Notes under the pieces: model-generated
The model's input: only the letters and a program-made list of their open reading frames with translations
What the model was told of the DNA's origin: nothing
Databases searched by the model: none
Made by a program: the position numbers and the translations under genes
Source: Parcubacteria group bacterium Gr01-1014_13
GTDB lineage: Bacteria > Patescibacteriota > Patescibacteriia > Magasanikbacterales > GWA2-37-8
Length of the DNA: 64,000 nt
Direction of reading: 5' to 3'
Assembly (NCBI GenBank): GCA_007376295.1
Contig: VMGB01000002.1
Coordinates: 66,844 to 130,843 of the forward strand
In this document: positions 1 through 10,166 of the stretch, piece by piece
Layout: each line of letters starts with the position of its first letter
Position numbering within the stretch: position 1 is the stretch's first letter

Positions 1-89
1 TTTCAAGTAGCGCCGTCTAGAGTGGTAATAAAAAAGGGATTTACGTCAAAACAAAAAACAGTTGAAATTATTTAAAATACTAAGTACTT

Positions 90-1229
90 ATGGACAAGGT
101 ATATTCAGATTCGTTGAAACTGCATAAAAAATTTCATGGTAAATTGGAAATAAAAAGTAAGGTGCCAATTCGGAATAAAAAATATTTATCGCTTGCTTAT
201 ACTCCCGGTGTGGCCGAGGTTTGCCGAATAATTGCGAAAGATAAAAATTTAACTCGTGAATATACTTTAAAAAGAAATACGGTAGCGGTGGTGACGGATG
301 GTTCGGCCATTTTAGGTCTGGGAAATCTGGGGCCAGAGGCAGCTATCCCGGTAATGGAAGGGAAAGCGATATTATTCAAAGAATTTGCCAATATAGACGC
401 TTTTCCCATTTGTTTAGACACTCAAGATACGGAAGAAATAATTAAAACAATAAAACATTTGGCGCCGGTTTTTGGCGGTATAAATTTGGAAGATATTTCC
501 GCGCCCCGTTGTTTTGAGATAGAAGCCAGATTAAAAAAAGAATTATCTATTCCGGTGATGCACGACGACCAGCATGGCACGGCGACGGTGGTTTTGGCAG
601 CTATGATTAATGCTTTGAAGTTAAAGAAAATTGATAAGTCGGCAGCAAAAGTAGTAATAAGCGGAGCGGGCGCCGCTGGTACAGCTGTGGCCAAGATGTT
701 GGTTAAATACGGATTTAAAAATGTTTCTGTTTGTGATAGTAAAGGTTTGCTCTATGAAAAAAGAGGTGATTTAAGTGGTTCTAAATTAGCTTTGGCCGTA
801 CTGACGGATCCACAAGTATCAGCAGATACCAGCCTAAAAGGAGTATTAAAAAAAGCCGATATATTTGTTGGTATAAGCGGGCCAAATATTATTGGCCGTG
901 CCGAAGTAAAAAGTATGAATGCCAAGCCGGTTATCTTGGCCTTAGCCAATCCAGTGCCGGAAATTATGCCAAAAGAAGCTAAGGCAGGTGGCGCCTTTAT
1001 AGTTGCCAGCGGCCGATCGGATTTTCCAAATCAAATAAATAATGTTTTGGCATTCCCTGGAATATTCAGAGGGTTATTGGATAATCAGGTAACGCAAATT
1101 ACCGACGAGATGTTGATCAAGGCCGCAGAAAGTTTGGCCGGGTATGTTAAAAAATTAAGTCCGGATAGTATTTTACCTAATCCCTTGGATAAGGGTATCG
1201 TAAAGGTGATTGCTAGAGCGATAAAATAA
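90..1229 (+). CDS. NAD(P)-dependent malic enzyme
   Basis: Motifs [56 protein letters not shown]. Confidence 0.95.
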   Translation: MDKVYSDSLKLHKKFHGKLEIKSKVPIRNKKYLSLAYTPGVAEVCRIIAKDKNLTREYTLKRNTVAVVTDGSAILGLGNLGPEAAIPVMEGKAILFKEFANIDAFPICLDTQDTEEIIKTIKHLAPVFGGINLEDISAPRCFEIEARLKKELSIPVMHDDQHGTATVVLAAMINALKLKKIDKSAAKVVISGAGAAGTAVAKMLVKYGFKNVSVCDSKGLLYEKRGDLSGSKLALAVLTDPQVSADTSLKGVLKKADIFVGISGPNIIGRAEVKSMNAKPVILALANPVPEIMPKEAKAGGAFIVASGRSDFPNQINNVLAFPGIFRGLLDNQVTQITDEMLIKAAESLAGYVKKLSPDSILPNPLDKGIVKVIARAIK

Positions 1230-1231
1230 AT

Positions 1232-1720
1232 TTATAAGGAAGAACTCTGTTTGTTGCGAGCAGAGTTCTTTTGTTTTTGCCAAAATATTAGGCTAAGAAC
1301 AAAAAGAAGGGTTGAAGTGACGGCAGAGCCCATGCAATACAAACAAATGGCTTTAATGACAAAAATTTGTAAATAGACCAGATATGCAGATGCCAAAAAT
1401 CCGAGCGGAGTAATTTTGGCGAGTAAGTTTAAAGCTTTAATTTTTTTTGTATCAAGATAAATTACCCCAAGGATAAGGACAGTGAGATAATAAAGAGAGC
1501 CTAAAAGTGAAATTGGGACAGGGCCGATCGTGGAGTAGCGACTGGTAGTAACTTCTTCACATCCTTTAAGGATAGAGCAGGCGATAGGTGTTCCTAAAAA
1601 ATGTTGAGTCGTAAGATAAGTCGCGTCGATAAAGCCAATAGCACTTAATATGAGAAAAGATATTGGAAGCCAATTAGAGAGTGCCACCAGCTTGTTGGAT
1701 GATGTTTCTGAATTCGGCAT
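1232..1720 (-). CDS. Vitamin K epoxide reductase (VKOR) family protein
   Basis: Loop cysteines CSILKGC, SRYS, CLYC redox motif, about 4 TM helices; follows DsbA. Confidence 0.9.
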   Translation of the reverse strand: MPNSETSSNKLVALSNWLPISFLILSAIGFIDATYLTTQHFLGTPIACSILKGCEEVTTSRYSTIGPVPISLLGSLYYLTVLILGVIYLDTKKIKALNLLAKITPLGFLASAYLVYLQIFVIKAICLYCMGSAVTSTLLFVLSLIFWQKQKNSARNKQSSSL

Positions 1721-2414
1721 AATTTTGTGGGTTTTGAATTTTTTTATTGTTTAAGAAGAAGGTGGGCGTGCCGTCGACTTCACTAGATCCGCTTTCGTAG
1801 TCGGCAGAAATTTTTGTTTTAGTTTTTTCGGAATTAAAGTCTGCTTTAAATTTATCTATGTCCAGTCCCAGTGTTTGGGCATAGGCATTAAAAGTTTCTA
1901 CAGCAAAATTAGAGCTCGACCATGTATTCTGGTTATCAAATAGCATGTTATGCATTTCCCAGAATTTTCCTTGTTGGCCTGCAGCTTCAGCTGCTTGTGC
2001 GGCTATTTTGGCATTACCATGCTGTGGCAGAGGGAAATGGCGATAAACAATAGTTAAATTTTTGAATTCCTGGCCAAGCTGTTTGACCATCGGGTAGTAA
2101 GCGCCACAAGCCGGACATTGGAAATCGCTGTATTCTATCAAAGTAACCTTCGCTTCTTTTAAGGGCGCGCCCTTTATCCAGTCGCTTTCATCAGACGCTT
2201 TTACAGTACCGCCGATAAATTTGGCTGCAGGTCCTTTGGAGGATTGCATTATTATAAGTCCTATTGTGCCAGCTACAAAAACCACAATAAAAGACCAGAG
2301 TAAAATGCGGGTAGTTTTTGTTTTCTTTTCATTGGATTCACGCGCGGCCAATTTTTCTTGGCGACGAAGTTCGTGGCGTTCTTTTTTGCTTAGGTTTTGA
2401 TCAGTTGGTTCCAT
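1674..2414 (-). CDS. Membrane-anchored DsbA-family thiol-disulfide oxidoreductase
   Basis: N-terminal TM helix, EYSDFQCPAC, YRHFPL, GTPTFF. Confidence 0.92.
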   Translation of the reverse strand: MEPTDQNLSKKERHELRRQEKLAARESNEKKTKTTRILLWSFIVVFVAGTIGLIIMQSSKGPAAKFIGGTVKASDESDWIKGAPLKEAKVTLIEYSDFQCPACGAYYPMVKQLGQEFKNLTIVYRHFPLPQHGNAKIAAQAAEAAGQQGKFWEMHNMLFDNQNTWSSSNFAVETFNAYAQTLGLDIDKFKADFNSEKTKTKISADYESGSSEVDGTPTFFLNNKKIQNPQNYAEFRNIIQQAGGTL

Positions 2415-2475
2415 AAATTAAAAGTTAAGCTTTATAAGGGGATTTTAGAACAAGTTTTATTAAAAGTCAAAGATT

Positions 2476-2503
2476 AAAAAACAACCCAGTATGAGTTGCT
2501 TTT
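2476..2503 (-). terminator. Intrinsic terminator, similar to the one after tRNA-Pro
   Basis: aaaaacaacccagtatgagttgctttt hairpin flanked by A/T tracts. Confidence 0.6.
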
Positions 2504-2541
2504 GTAATAGGCGAACTTTGTAGTGTGTTCGCCGGGCACTT

Positions 2542-2934
2542 TTATCCTGCTTGTTGGGATGGCTCTTCTTCAAGACTCCATTCATATTTTTCTCCCAATT
2601 CTAATAGGGAGATGCTTTTATCAATGGAATTGAATCGGTACCTTTCACTATATCTATAGTTGATTATTTTTAGATCAAGACGAAAGGCTTTGACTGACCG
2701 AGGGTCTAGTTTTCTATAATTTTGACTCATCTGGGATAGGTTTTTGTTCCACCTTTGCCAAGCTTGTTTGGCCAGCTTTAACTCTTCTTTGTAAGCCGCC
2801 TGCTTTTTAGCATGTTCCGCCGCCAGTTTTTTGTTTTTTCTTCTGGTGCTGATTTCGTCGATAGTCAAAAGTATTAGTGCCAAAAAAATCAAAATGTGAA
2901 GAACGATACCACTATAAAACAGATATGTGTTCAT
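2542..2934 (-). CDS. Orphan membrane-anchored coiled-coil protein
   Basis: N-terminal TM; own promoter TTGAAA(2999-2994)-17-TATACT(2976-2971); SD AAGGAG. Confidence 0.75.
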   Translation of the reverse strand: MNTYLFYSGIVLHILIFLALILLTIDEISTRRKNKKLAAEHAKKQAAYKEELKLAKQAWQRWNKNLSQMSQNYRKLDPRSVKAFRLDLKIINYRYSERYRFNSIDKSISLLELGEKYEWSLEEEPSQQAG

Positions 2935-3010
2935 TTCAATCTCCTTTTTGGGCGGTTTGTTCCGATTTGCAGTATATAATTTTTAGGAAATTTTTTCAAG
3001 GAGGATAAAC

Positions 3011-3039
3011 AAAAACAACTCATTATTTGAGTTGTTTTT
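3011..3039 (-). terminator. Terminator of the tRNA-Ala/Phe/Pro operon
   Basis: aaaaacaactca-ttatt-tgagttgttttt perfect hairpin. Confidence 0.8.
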
Positions 3040-3045
3040 AACGTG

Positions 3046-3119
3046 TCGGGCTAGTGGGACTTGAACCCACAGTCCCCTGGTCCCAAACCAGGTGCTCTAG
3101 CCAATTGAGCCATAGCCCG
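3046..3119 (-). tRNA. tRNA-Pro(TGG)
   Basis: Reverse complement CGGGCTA...CCTGGT-TTGGGA-CCAGG...GTTCAAGT...TAGCCCGA cloverleaf; CCA not encoded. Confidence 0.95.
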
Positions 3120-3133
3120 TTTATTTGACTCTG

Positions 3134-3205
3134 TGCCGCGGGTCAGAGTCGAACTGACCACGCCAGCCTCTTCAGGGCTGCGCTCTACCGATGAGCTACC
3201 GCGGC
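3134..3205 (-). tRNA. tRNA-Phe(GAA)
   Basis: GCCGCGGTAGCTCA...CAGCC-CTGAAGA-GGCTG...GTTCGACT...CCGCGGCA. Confidence 0.95.
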
Positions 3206-3209
3206 ATTG

Positions 3210-3282
3210 TGGACCCTATCGGGCTTGAACCGATCACCCCCGCGTTGCAAACGCGGTGCTCTACCAAATGAGCTAAGGGCCC
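3210..3282 (-). tRNA. tRNA-Ala(TGC)
   Basis: GGGCCCTTAGCTCA...CCGCG-TTTGCAA-CGCGG...AGGGTCCA with the G3:U70 identity pair. Confidence 0.95.
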
Positions 3283-3384
3283 TAAAAAGTAGACATAATA
3301 TATCAGCAATTAACAAAGAAGTCAACCAATGATATAATAATTAAAGCTAAGCCTGTTTAATTTACGTTTTTAATAAATAATCAT

Positions 3385-3810
3385 ATGGTTGAGTTGACGT
3401 TGGTAATCCGTGTGGTAATAGCAATGCTTTTGGGCTGTGTGTTGGGTTGGCAGAGACAGCAAAGAGGTAAGTGGGCAGGACTTCGAACTTATGCCTTAGT
3501 TAGTGGGGGTTCGGCTCTGTTTACGGTTATTTCGTTAACAGCCTTTGGTGGAGATCCGGCCAGGATCGCTTCCAATATAGTGACAGGCATTGGTTTCCTT
3601 GGCGCTGGAACTATTTTACACAAACAAGACAGAGTGGAAGGCCTTACCACTGCTGCCGGGCTTTGGATGGTGGCCGCGGTAGGAATGACTGTAGCTTTGG
3701 AACTATATATATTAGCTGCAACAGTAAGTTTGTTGTCACTGTTAATATTTAGCATTAATGGTAGAAAAATAGGACTGAAAATGAATGATGGCAAGAGCGA
3801 AGATGATTAA
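3385..3810 (+). CDS. MgtC/SapB family membrane protein
   Basis: AGLRTY, DPARIASNIVTGIGFLGAG, GLTTAAGLW motifs. Confidence 0.92.
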   Translation: MVELTLVIRVVIAMLLGCVLGWQRQQRGKWAGLRTYALVSGGSALFTVISLTAFGGDPARIASNIVTGIGFLGAGTILHKQDRVEGLTTAAGLWMVAAVGMTVALELYILAATVSLLSLLIFSINGRKIGLKMNDGKSEDD

Positions 3811-3856
3811 AATATTAATCAAAAAACACCTCGCGGTTGCGAGGTATTTTTTAATT

Positions 3857-4921
3857 CTATTCTTCTGTTGGCGGTGGCACTTCATCCTCAGCTGATTCTT
3901 CTTCCGGATCTTCGCCTCTTTCCACCACTTCCCAAATTGCTTTGGTAATTGCTTTTATAGTTTTTGGATTATCTTTTAGGAATTTCTTGGCTGTTTCTCT
4001 GCCCACACCAAGTTTTTCTTCGCCATAGGAATAGGAATTGCCTGATTTGTTAATTACTTTGTAGAGAACACCATTATCAAGCGTGTCTCCAGAAACAGAG
4101 ATACCTTCGTTGTACATAATATCAAATTCACAAGTGCGAAAAGGTGCGGCTACTTTGTTTTTTACAACTTTGGCTTTTACACGGTTGCCAATAATTTTAT
4201 CACCTTGTTTAATTTGTGCCGCGCGGCGGACTTCAATTCTTACTGAAGAATAAAATTTCAAGGCTGTACCGCCAGTGGTAGTTTCTGGATTCCCAAAAAC
4301 GATACCGATTTTCATTCTGATTTGGTTGATGAAGATAACTACTGTTTTTGATTTACTAATGATACCTGTTAATTTGCGTAGAGCTTGACTCATCAGTCTG
4401 GCTTGAAGACCCATATGCGAATCACCCATGTCACCTTCAATTTCGGCTTTTGGTACAAGAGCAGCCACTGAGTCTACCACAATTACATCCACTGCGTTGG
4501 AACGAACCAATGTTTCCACTATTTCCAGAGCTTGTTCGCCGGTATCTGGTTGAGAAATTAATAATTCGTCTACTTTTACACCAATTTTTTTGGCATAGTC
4601 TGGATCTAAAGCATGTTCGGCATCCACAAAGGCAGCGATACCACCAAGTTTTTGTACTTCACAAACAATGTGTTGGGCTAGAGTGGTTTTACCACTGGCT
4701 TCTGGGCCGTAAATCTCTATTACGCGGCCGCGCGGTACTCCGCCTACGCCCAAAGCAACATCAAGCGACAAACAACCGGTAGGAACAGCATCAACCTGCA
4801 TTTTTTTTGCTTCCCCAAACTTCATTATAGCTCCGTCTCCGAATCTGCTTTTAATCTGTTCTATCGCGCTTTCCGCGGCTTTCAATTTCTCCTTTACCTC
4901 CTCCGAAATTTGTTTGGGCAT
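3857..4921 (-). CDS. recA: Recombinase A
   Basis: [35 protein letters not shown]; ATG start at 4921. Confidence 0.99.
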   Translation of the reverse strand: MPKQISEEVKEKLKAAESAIEQIKSRFGDGAIMKFGEAKKMQVDAVPTGCLSLDVALGVGGVPRGRVIEIYGPEASGKTTLAQHIVCEVQKLGGIAAFVDAEHALDPDYAKKIGVKVDELLISQPDTGEQALEIVETLVRSNAVDVIVVDSVAALVPKAEIEGDMGDSHMGLQARLMSQALRKLTGIISKSKTVVIFINQIRMKIGIVFGNPETTTGGTALKFYSSVRIEVRRAAQIKQGDKIIGNRVKAKVVKNKVAAPFRTCEFDIMYNEGISVSGDTLDNGVLYKVINKSGNSYSYGEEKLGVGRETAKKFLKDNPKTIKAITKAIWEVVERGEDPEEESAEDEVPPPTEE

Positions 4922-5027
4922 AATATGTTGCAACGCTTTATCAGGCGAAAGATGCTTGCAAGACTATTTTTTTAGTCTTCCCTCCAAGCATTGTTGCTTC
5001 TTTGTCTCTTTAAGCTTTGATTAAAAT

Positions 5028-5729
5028 TTAAAAATTAGTTTTTATTTGTTCTACAGAAACGGATCCGAATTTTACAATCACGTGTCTGGTGATAGTAGTG
5101 ATTTTTCCATGCTTTTTTATTGCAGATATAGTAATAGTATTTACTCCGTTTGACAAGTCCACTGGAATTTCAAACTTTCCTTTGTCGTTAGGCATGATGT
5201 CTTTACCATTTACAGTGAGACGCACTTCTTTTTCGGTTTCACCTTGTACTAGTGTCACCAATTTGCTGGAAATGTATCCGTCAGCCGGGGTAAAGACGGC
5301 CAATTTTGGCGGTTGCAGAATGCCGCTTACTTGCCAACTTAGATAACCAAGAAATCCTATGAGTAAAATTGCTACCGCTAATTTTCTAAAAATATTTGAT
5401 AGGGAGTTTAGCGCCCATAGTTTGTGAGCATGGCGTGGATGGCTTTGTGCTTCATTTACAAGGTCTGCTTCTTGGGAAAATTGATAGAGAAAACTGGCGG
5501 GATTTAGATTTAATGCTTCGGCATATTCTCGGATATATGCCAAACGATGGGCTTTGGCTTGAGGAAGTTCTTTGAAACGGCCAAGTTCAATAGATTCTAA
5601 ATACTTGTTTGGTATTCTAGTTTTTTTACTAAGATCATCCAAACTCAGCCGTTGTTCTTCGCGCGCTTTTTTTAGGCGTTCGCCCACTCTTCGCGCAGGT
5701 TCTAAATTTTTTAGGCAAAAAACAGCCAT
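5028..5729 (-). CDS. RodZ-like XRE helix-turn-helix membrane protein
   Basis: N-terminal HTH (GERLKKARE...YLESIELG), one TM helix, beta-rich C-terminus; downstream of ftsK. Confidence 0.75.
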   Translation of the reverse strand: MAVFCLKNLEPARRVGERLKKAREEQRLSLDDLSKKTRIPNKYLESIELGRFKELPQAKAHRLAYIREYAEALNLNPASFLYQFSQEADLVNEAQSHPRHAHKLWALNSLSNIFRKLAVAILLIGFLGYLSWQVSGILQPPKLAVFTPADGYISSKLVTLVQGETEKEVRLTVNGKDIMPNDKGKFEIPVDLSNGVNTITISAIKKHGKITTITRHVIVKFGSVSVEQIKTNF

Positions 5730-5732
5730 ACT

Positions 5733-8057
5733 TTATTCTTTATTTTGCTCTTCGGTTGGTTCCTCAAAAACTGGTGCGCCACCCGCATCCATACTTTGTT
5801 CGTCTTCGGGAATTTCATCCGGTTCAGTTGGGCGCATGTGTTGACCAAGCGGATTGATATGTTCGGTAAATAGTTCGCGCGGTTTGGCGCCATCAGCTGG
5901 TCCTACTATACCAGCTTCTTCCATTTCGTCCAACAATCTGGCGGCGCGGGCATAGCCAACTTTCATGCGGCGTTGTAAAAGGGAAGCGCTAGCTTTTCCA
6001 GATTCCATTACTATCTTCTTGGCTTCATCAAACAGAGGATCATTGTCGCTGTTGGCTCCGCCAAACATGTTTACAGTTCCACCACCACCGCTATTATTTC
6101 TCGACACGATAGATTCATCATAGACTGGCGGTTCGTCACCTTTCAAATGATCTATTACTCGTTTCATTTCTTCTTCGGAAACAAATGCGCCTTGCAGACG
6201 TTTTGGTTTGGACATTTCGGCGCTTAAAAATAACATATCACCGCGGCCTAATAATTTTTCTGCGCCTGAAGTATCTAAAATTGTGCGTGAATCAATTAAA
6301 GATGGTACAGAAAAGGCGATACGAGCCGGAATGTTGGCTTTCATCAGACCGGTAATTACTTCCATGCTTGGTCGTTGGGTAGCAACAATTAAATGTATAC
6401 CGACAGCACGGGCCATTTGTGCCAGACGAATAATACCGGCTTCAACTTCGCTCGCTGCCATAGCCATTAGGTCGGCTAATTCATCGATGACAAATACTAT
6501 ATATGGAAGAGGTTCAGCTGCGGATTTATTATATGAACCAATATCTCTTTTGCCAGCATCTGCTAAAAGAGTAAAACGGCGGTCCATTTCGCCGATTGTC
6601 CATTTCAATGCGTTTACAGTTTTAGCCGCATCAGTAATTACCGGAGTAAGTAAATGGGGTATGCCATTGTACATAGTAAGTTCCACGCGTTTTGGATCAA
6701 CCATTATCATGCGCAATGTTTCGGCTGTATTTTGGTAGAGCAAACTTAATAAAACTGTATTTATACAAACTGTTTTACCAGAATTGGTAGCGCCGGCGAT
6801 AAGTAAGTGTGGCATTTTTGGTAAATCGGCAAACCAAACTTTTCCAGCCACATCTTTGCCCAAGGCGATCATCATGTTGTGGTTGTCGCTATTTTTAAAC
6901 TCAGGACTCTCGAGTAATTCGCGCAAAGTAACCATGGCCACTTTTTGGTTTGGTACTTCGATACCAACCAAAGATTGGCCGGGGATTGGCGCTTCTATGC
7001 GTATGGGGTGAGCGGCTAGAGCCAAAGCCAAATCATTGCCCAGATTGGTAATGCGAGTAAGTTTTACACCTTTGGCAGGTTTGAGAGAGTATTGGGTAAC
7101 AGTTGGGCCGACACGAACTTCGCCCATATCTACTTCAATGCCAAAATTATGCAAAGTATCGCGAATAACTTCGGCGTTGCTTTTTATATCACCGGAAGTT
7201 GGTTTACTTTTGGAGGTGAATAATAAATCGATTGGCGGCAAGTCGCGGATAATTGGTTTGGGTATACCTCTTTCTTTTGGTTCTTCATTCATTTCTTCCA
7301 CAACAGTTTCTTCAGAGTCCGGTTCTTCGTGATTTTTGTTTTCTTCATTGGCGCTCAAAGTTCTTTTTTGGAAAACTCGCTGTTCTTCTTCTGTTTCAGC
7401 TTCACCATCTTCATCAGTCGTAACATCTGTGGTGCCCGTCTCGTAATCTCCTTTTATTTTAAACTCAACTTTTTCATTTTTAAATGAAGCAAAAAAAGCG
7501 ACAATTTTTTGTCCGAACCAACCTAACAGTAAAAAGAATTTTTTGTGCAGGTCGACAATTTGAGCCAAAGAAGTGTTGAAGATAAATATGACTCCGGCCA
7601 GCAGTAATCCGCAGAGCAACATAAATGCGCCCCAGTAACCAATATATGTATATAGGAACCAAGCGGGCAAAAAACCAACCAAACCGCCGCCATATCCTTG
7701 GGTAGCTAGGTCGTACATCTGTTCAACCGGTTTTTGGAGATGGATTAGGCCATTAAAGCTGAGGATAAATAAAATAGAGCCAATAAAATGAGTTGGCCGG
7801 TATTCATATTCCATGTCTTTTACCATGAGAATAGCAACCAGAATCAAAACGATCGGAACAACATAGCGTACTTGCCCAAAAGTAATGGCCAAAAGAGAGT
7901 CAATAAATTGACCGGCTACTCCGGCTAGAGAAAAAAAACTGAGAGCGGATAATCCGCCTAAAATAAACAAAAATAAAGCCAAAAGTCCTCGGCTGAGGTC
8001 TGGATTTAAATTTACTCTCTCAGAGAGTGTTAATTTTCGTTGTCTGTGTCTTCCCAT
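5733..8057 (-). CDS. ftsK: DNA translocase FtsK/SpoIIIE
   Basis: N-terminal TM domain, IRIEAPIPG, PHLLIAGATNSGKT, DELADLM, ATQRPS, gamma domain LLQRRMKVGYARAARL. Confidence 0.97.
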   Translation of the reverse strand: MGRHRQRKLTLSERVNLNPDLSRGLLALFLFILGGLSALSFFSLAGVAGQFIDSLLAITFGQVRYVVPIVLILVAILMVKDMEYEYRPTHFIGSILFILSFNGLIHLQKPVEQMYDLATQGYGGGLVGFLPAWFLYTYIGYWGAFMLLCGLLLAGVIFIFNTSLAQIVDLHKKFFLLLGWFGQKIVAFFASFKNEKVEFKIKGDYETGTTDVTTDEDGEAETEEEQRVFQKRTLSANEENKNHEEPDSEETVVEEMNEEPKERGIPKPIIRDLPPIDLLFTSKSKPTSGDIKSNAEVIRDTLHNFGIEVDMGEVRVGPTVTQYSLKPAKGVKLTRITNLGNDLALALAAHPIRIEAPIPGQSLVGIEVPNQKVAMVTLRELLESPEFKNSDNHNMMIALGKDVAGKVWFADLPKMPHLLIAGATNSGKTVCINTVLLSLLYQNTAETLRMIMVDPKRVELTMYNGIPHLLTPVITDAAKTVNALKWTIGEMDRRFTLLADAGKRDIGSYNKSAAEPLPYIVFVIDELADLMAMAASEVEAGIIRLAQMARAVGIHLIVATQRPSMEVITGLMKANIPARIAFSVPSLIDSRTILDTSGAEKLLGRGDMLFLSAEMSKPKRLQGAFVSEEEMKRVIDHLKGDEPPVYDESIVSRNNSGGGGTVNMFGGANSDNDPLFDEAKKIVMESGKASASLLQRRMKVGYARAARLLDEMEEAGIVGPADGAKPRELFTEHINPLGQHMRPTEPDEIPEDEQSMDAGGAPVFEEPTEEQNKE

Positions 8058-8161
8058 GTTGAATATTATATCATGAAGCGATTGTTGACACTAGGTAGTT
8101 CGCATGCTAGGCTGGGGAAAGTTTTGGTTCGTTGACAATTCACAAAGAAAAGAGAGAAAAC

Positions 8162-9184
8162 ATGAAGGCAAAACGTAAAGATTGGTATCAGGTGGTGGTT
8201 CCAGAATCATATGAACACCTGTGCCAATTAGCGGCCAAAGGCAAAGGCATGAGAAAAGATGCCTGTAGTTGTGAAGATTCTCATCTCCATCTTAGCAGGG
8301 GCGGTAAACTCGTTCTTGGATTTTGTGCTGGTAGCTTCGCTCTTTGGATACTGTCATTTGTATGCATTTTTCTTGATACCGGGCATCGTCCTTTGTTTGC
8401 TCTTTCTGCCGTTGTTCTGCTTGTTATAATTTGTATTTTGATGTTCATTCTTCTTCGTTTGTTTGATCGAGGTTGGGCGAAAGAACATCCCGACAAAGTT
8501 ATTACAGATCTAATTCCGACTTATCTTCATACCCAGATCAATTACATGAGCACTTCTTTGTTGGGCTTTGGTAGCCGCCTTGAATTGGCAGGACTAAAAG
8601 TGCGGAAAGTGGCAGCTAAAGGAGAGTATACAGAAAAATTTGTTCGGCAGTTTTCTTCCGTGCTAGGTCCAGATGAAGAGCTGCCTCCTTATTTGGCCAG
8701 GATTGCAAAAGAAGGCCAGTATCATTTATTGTTTAATGAGGTACATGATCTGTTCGAGAAGAGCAAAAATTTGGTTGTGGCTTTTTTGGAGATCAAGCGG
8801 GGGGAAGTTAGTCGGTTTCAAAAGTCTTTACGCGCCAGTGTTGAACAACTCAAAGATTATTCGTCCGCGCGGGAGCTTTGTTTAGTGCATGCCAAAGAAG
8901 TTTGTGACAGCATAAACAAGTTAAGCATAAGATTTAATCGGATCCTTGATGAAAGCGGTGTCTCTACGCTTGGTTCGGCAGAGGAGCTCTCGGAAGACGC
9001 AAGTACAAACGTAAACAACGCCCAGTACGCAGCACATAATTTGTTGCTAAAACTCACCGAAATTCTTGCTATTACCAAGCTAGAGGAGAAAAAGCCCGAA
9101 ACTCCAGTCACAGAAGGTGGTGTTTTGACCGAGGCTGATCTCAAAGAACTTGAAGAGTTGGATTTATCCAGCTTAGACAAGTAA
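8162..9184 (+). CDS. Orphan protein with 2 TM helices and a helical C-terminus
   Basis: Long ORF; promoter TTGACA(8085)-17-TAGGCT; hairpin at 9209-9230. Confidence 0.75.
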   Translation: MKAKRKDWYQVVVPESYEHLCQLAAKGKGMRKDACSCEDSHLHLSRGGKLVLGFCAGSFALWILSFVCIFLDTGHRPLFALSAVVLLVIICILMFILLRLFDRGWAKEHPDKVITDLIPTYLHTQINYMSTSLLGFGSRLELAGLKVRKVAAKGEYTEKFVRQFSSVLGPDEELPPYLARIAKEGQYHLLFNEVHDLFEKSKNLVVAFLEIKRGEVSRFQKSLRASVEQLKDYSSARELCLVHAKEVCDSINKLSIRFNRILDESGVSTLGSAEELSEDASTNVNNAQYAAHNLLLKLTEILAITKLEEKKPETPVTEGGVLTEADLKELEELDLSSLDK

Positions 9185-9208
9185 ATTAGGTAAAACAAAA
9201 AATCTTTG

Positions 9209-9230
9209 CCCTCGATAGAAATATCGAGGG
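9209..9230. terminator. Hairpin of CCTCG...CGAGG type, likely bidirectional terminator
   Basis: ccctcgata-gaaa-tatcgaggg. Confidence 0.75.
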
Positions 9231-9247
9231 TTATTTATTTAAGAAGC

Positions 9248-9410
9248 TTTTTCTTCATTAAGCTGCGGCAAGAGATGCATGTTTTAACTAACGGATCAAA
9301 GTTAGAAAACTTTTTCTGAACAAAAAAATGTTCGAGAAAAAAGAGAGAGATTGTTTAAAAATTTCGATCCGGTTGAGACATCAACTTTTGCGCAGCTTGA
9401 TAAAGAAAAA
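9248..9410. ncRNA. Long imperfect hairpin, candidate ncRNA (6S-like shape)
   Basis: About 50-bp outer stem, central bubble and terminal hairpin; no ORF of 60 aa or more. Confidence 0.5.
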
Positions 9411-9434
9411 ATATTTTTCAAAATCATTGATGAT

Positions 9435-9463
9435 ATTTTAGAAGTGAAAAAATTTATTGTCAA
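9435..9463 (-). promoter_or_regulatory. sigma70 promoter firing into the 9248-9410 hairpin
   Basis: TTGACA-17-TAAAAT on the minus strand. Confidence 0.65.
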
Positions 9464-9533
9464 GAAAATGTTATGCACAGTTTTTTGTTTTTTTATTTTT
9501 GTTATGTATAATTAAAATGAAAGGGTGGTATAT

Positions 9534-9746
9534 ATGGATAATAATCCTTATCGCTCCGGACCAAAACCGGAGCAGATTATTAGATTTTTCAATTCTTTTA
9601 AAGATGGTGAGGGTACATGTATTGATAGTGCAAATAAATGGCTGAAAGATATGGTAGGGAAGGTAAAGGTGCTAAAGCGCGATGTTGCCAAAAATAGGGA
9701 TGGACATTACCGGGAGATTCTTATCTGGTATCTCGAGTTGGTGTAG
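9534..9746 (+). CDS. Small Cse60-like paralog 1
   Basis: MDNNPYRSGPKPEQI...ANKWL...ILIWY; similar to the next two ORFs. Confidence 0.75.
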   Translation: MDNNPYRSGPKPEQIIRFFNSFKDGEGTCIDSANKWLKDMVGKVKVLKRDVAKNRDGHYREILIWYLELV

Positions 9747-9878
9747 GGGGAAGGTTAATTTTTTCAGGCCTGAAGAGCTAAAATAGCATTTCGGGCTTTT
9801 TATTTATCCATTATTGACTTCTTAGCTTATTTGTGTTATTGTATGCGGTCCTTTAACAAACAACAGGAGGCAAGGACA

Positions 9879-10118
9879 ATGGGTGCAGAAGGTCACATGC
9901 CATTTCGTGGTGGTCCTAAATCAGAACAAGTGAAGATTTTTGCATATCACAATGCATACAATAGCAGTGGAGCTCTAGAAAAAGAAGTTGGTAAATGGTT
10001 GGAAGAAAATGAAGCAAGTATAACCATTACTAACCGCACCGTGTCTTTGGCGCGCAGCAGCGAGAGCGAAAGGAATATTTTTCTGGTAATTACCATCTGG
10101 TACCGTCCAAAGGAATAG
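9879..10118 (+). CDS. Small Cse60-like paralog 2
   Basis: PFRGGPKSEQVKIF...LEKEVGKWL...ITIWYRPKE; SD AGGAGG; promoter TTGACT(9814)-17-TATTGT. Confidence 0.8.
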   Translation: MGAEGHMPFRGGPKSEQVKIFAYHNAYNSSGALEKEVGKWLEENEASITITNRTVSLARSSESERNIFLVITIWYRPKE

Positions 10119-10166
10119 GATGGTTCGTTTTTCGAAGGTCCAACAAAACAATAGGAGGCAAGGACT

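Noticed and set aside
9302-9427. 41-aa leaderless minus-strand ORF under the 9463 promoter
   Set aside because: Low-complexity sequence embedded in the hairpin; a non-coding reading is preferred but unproven
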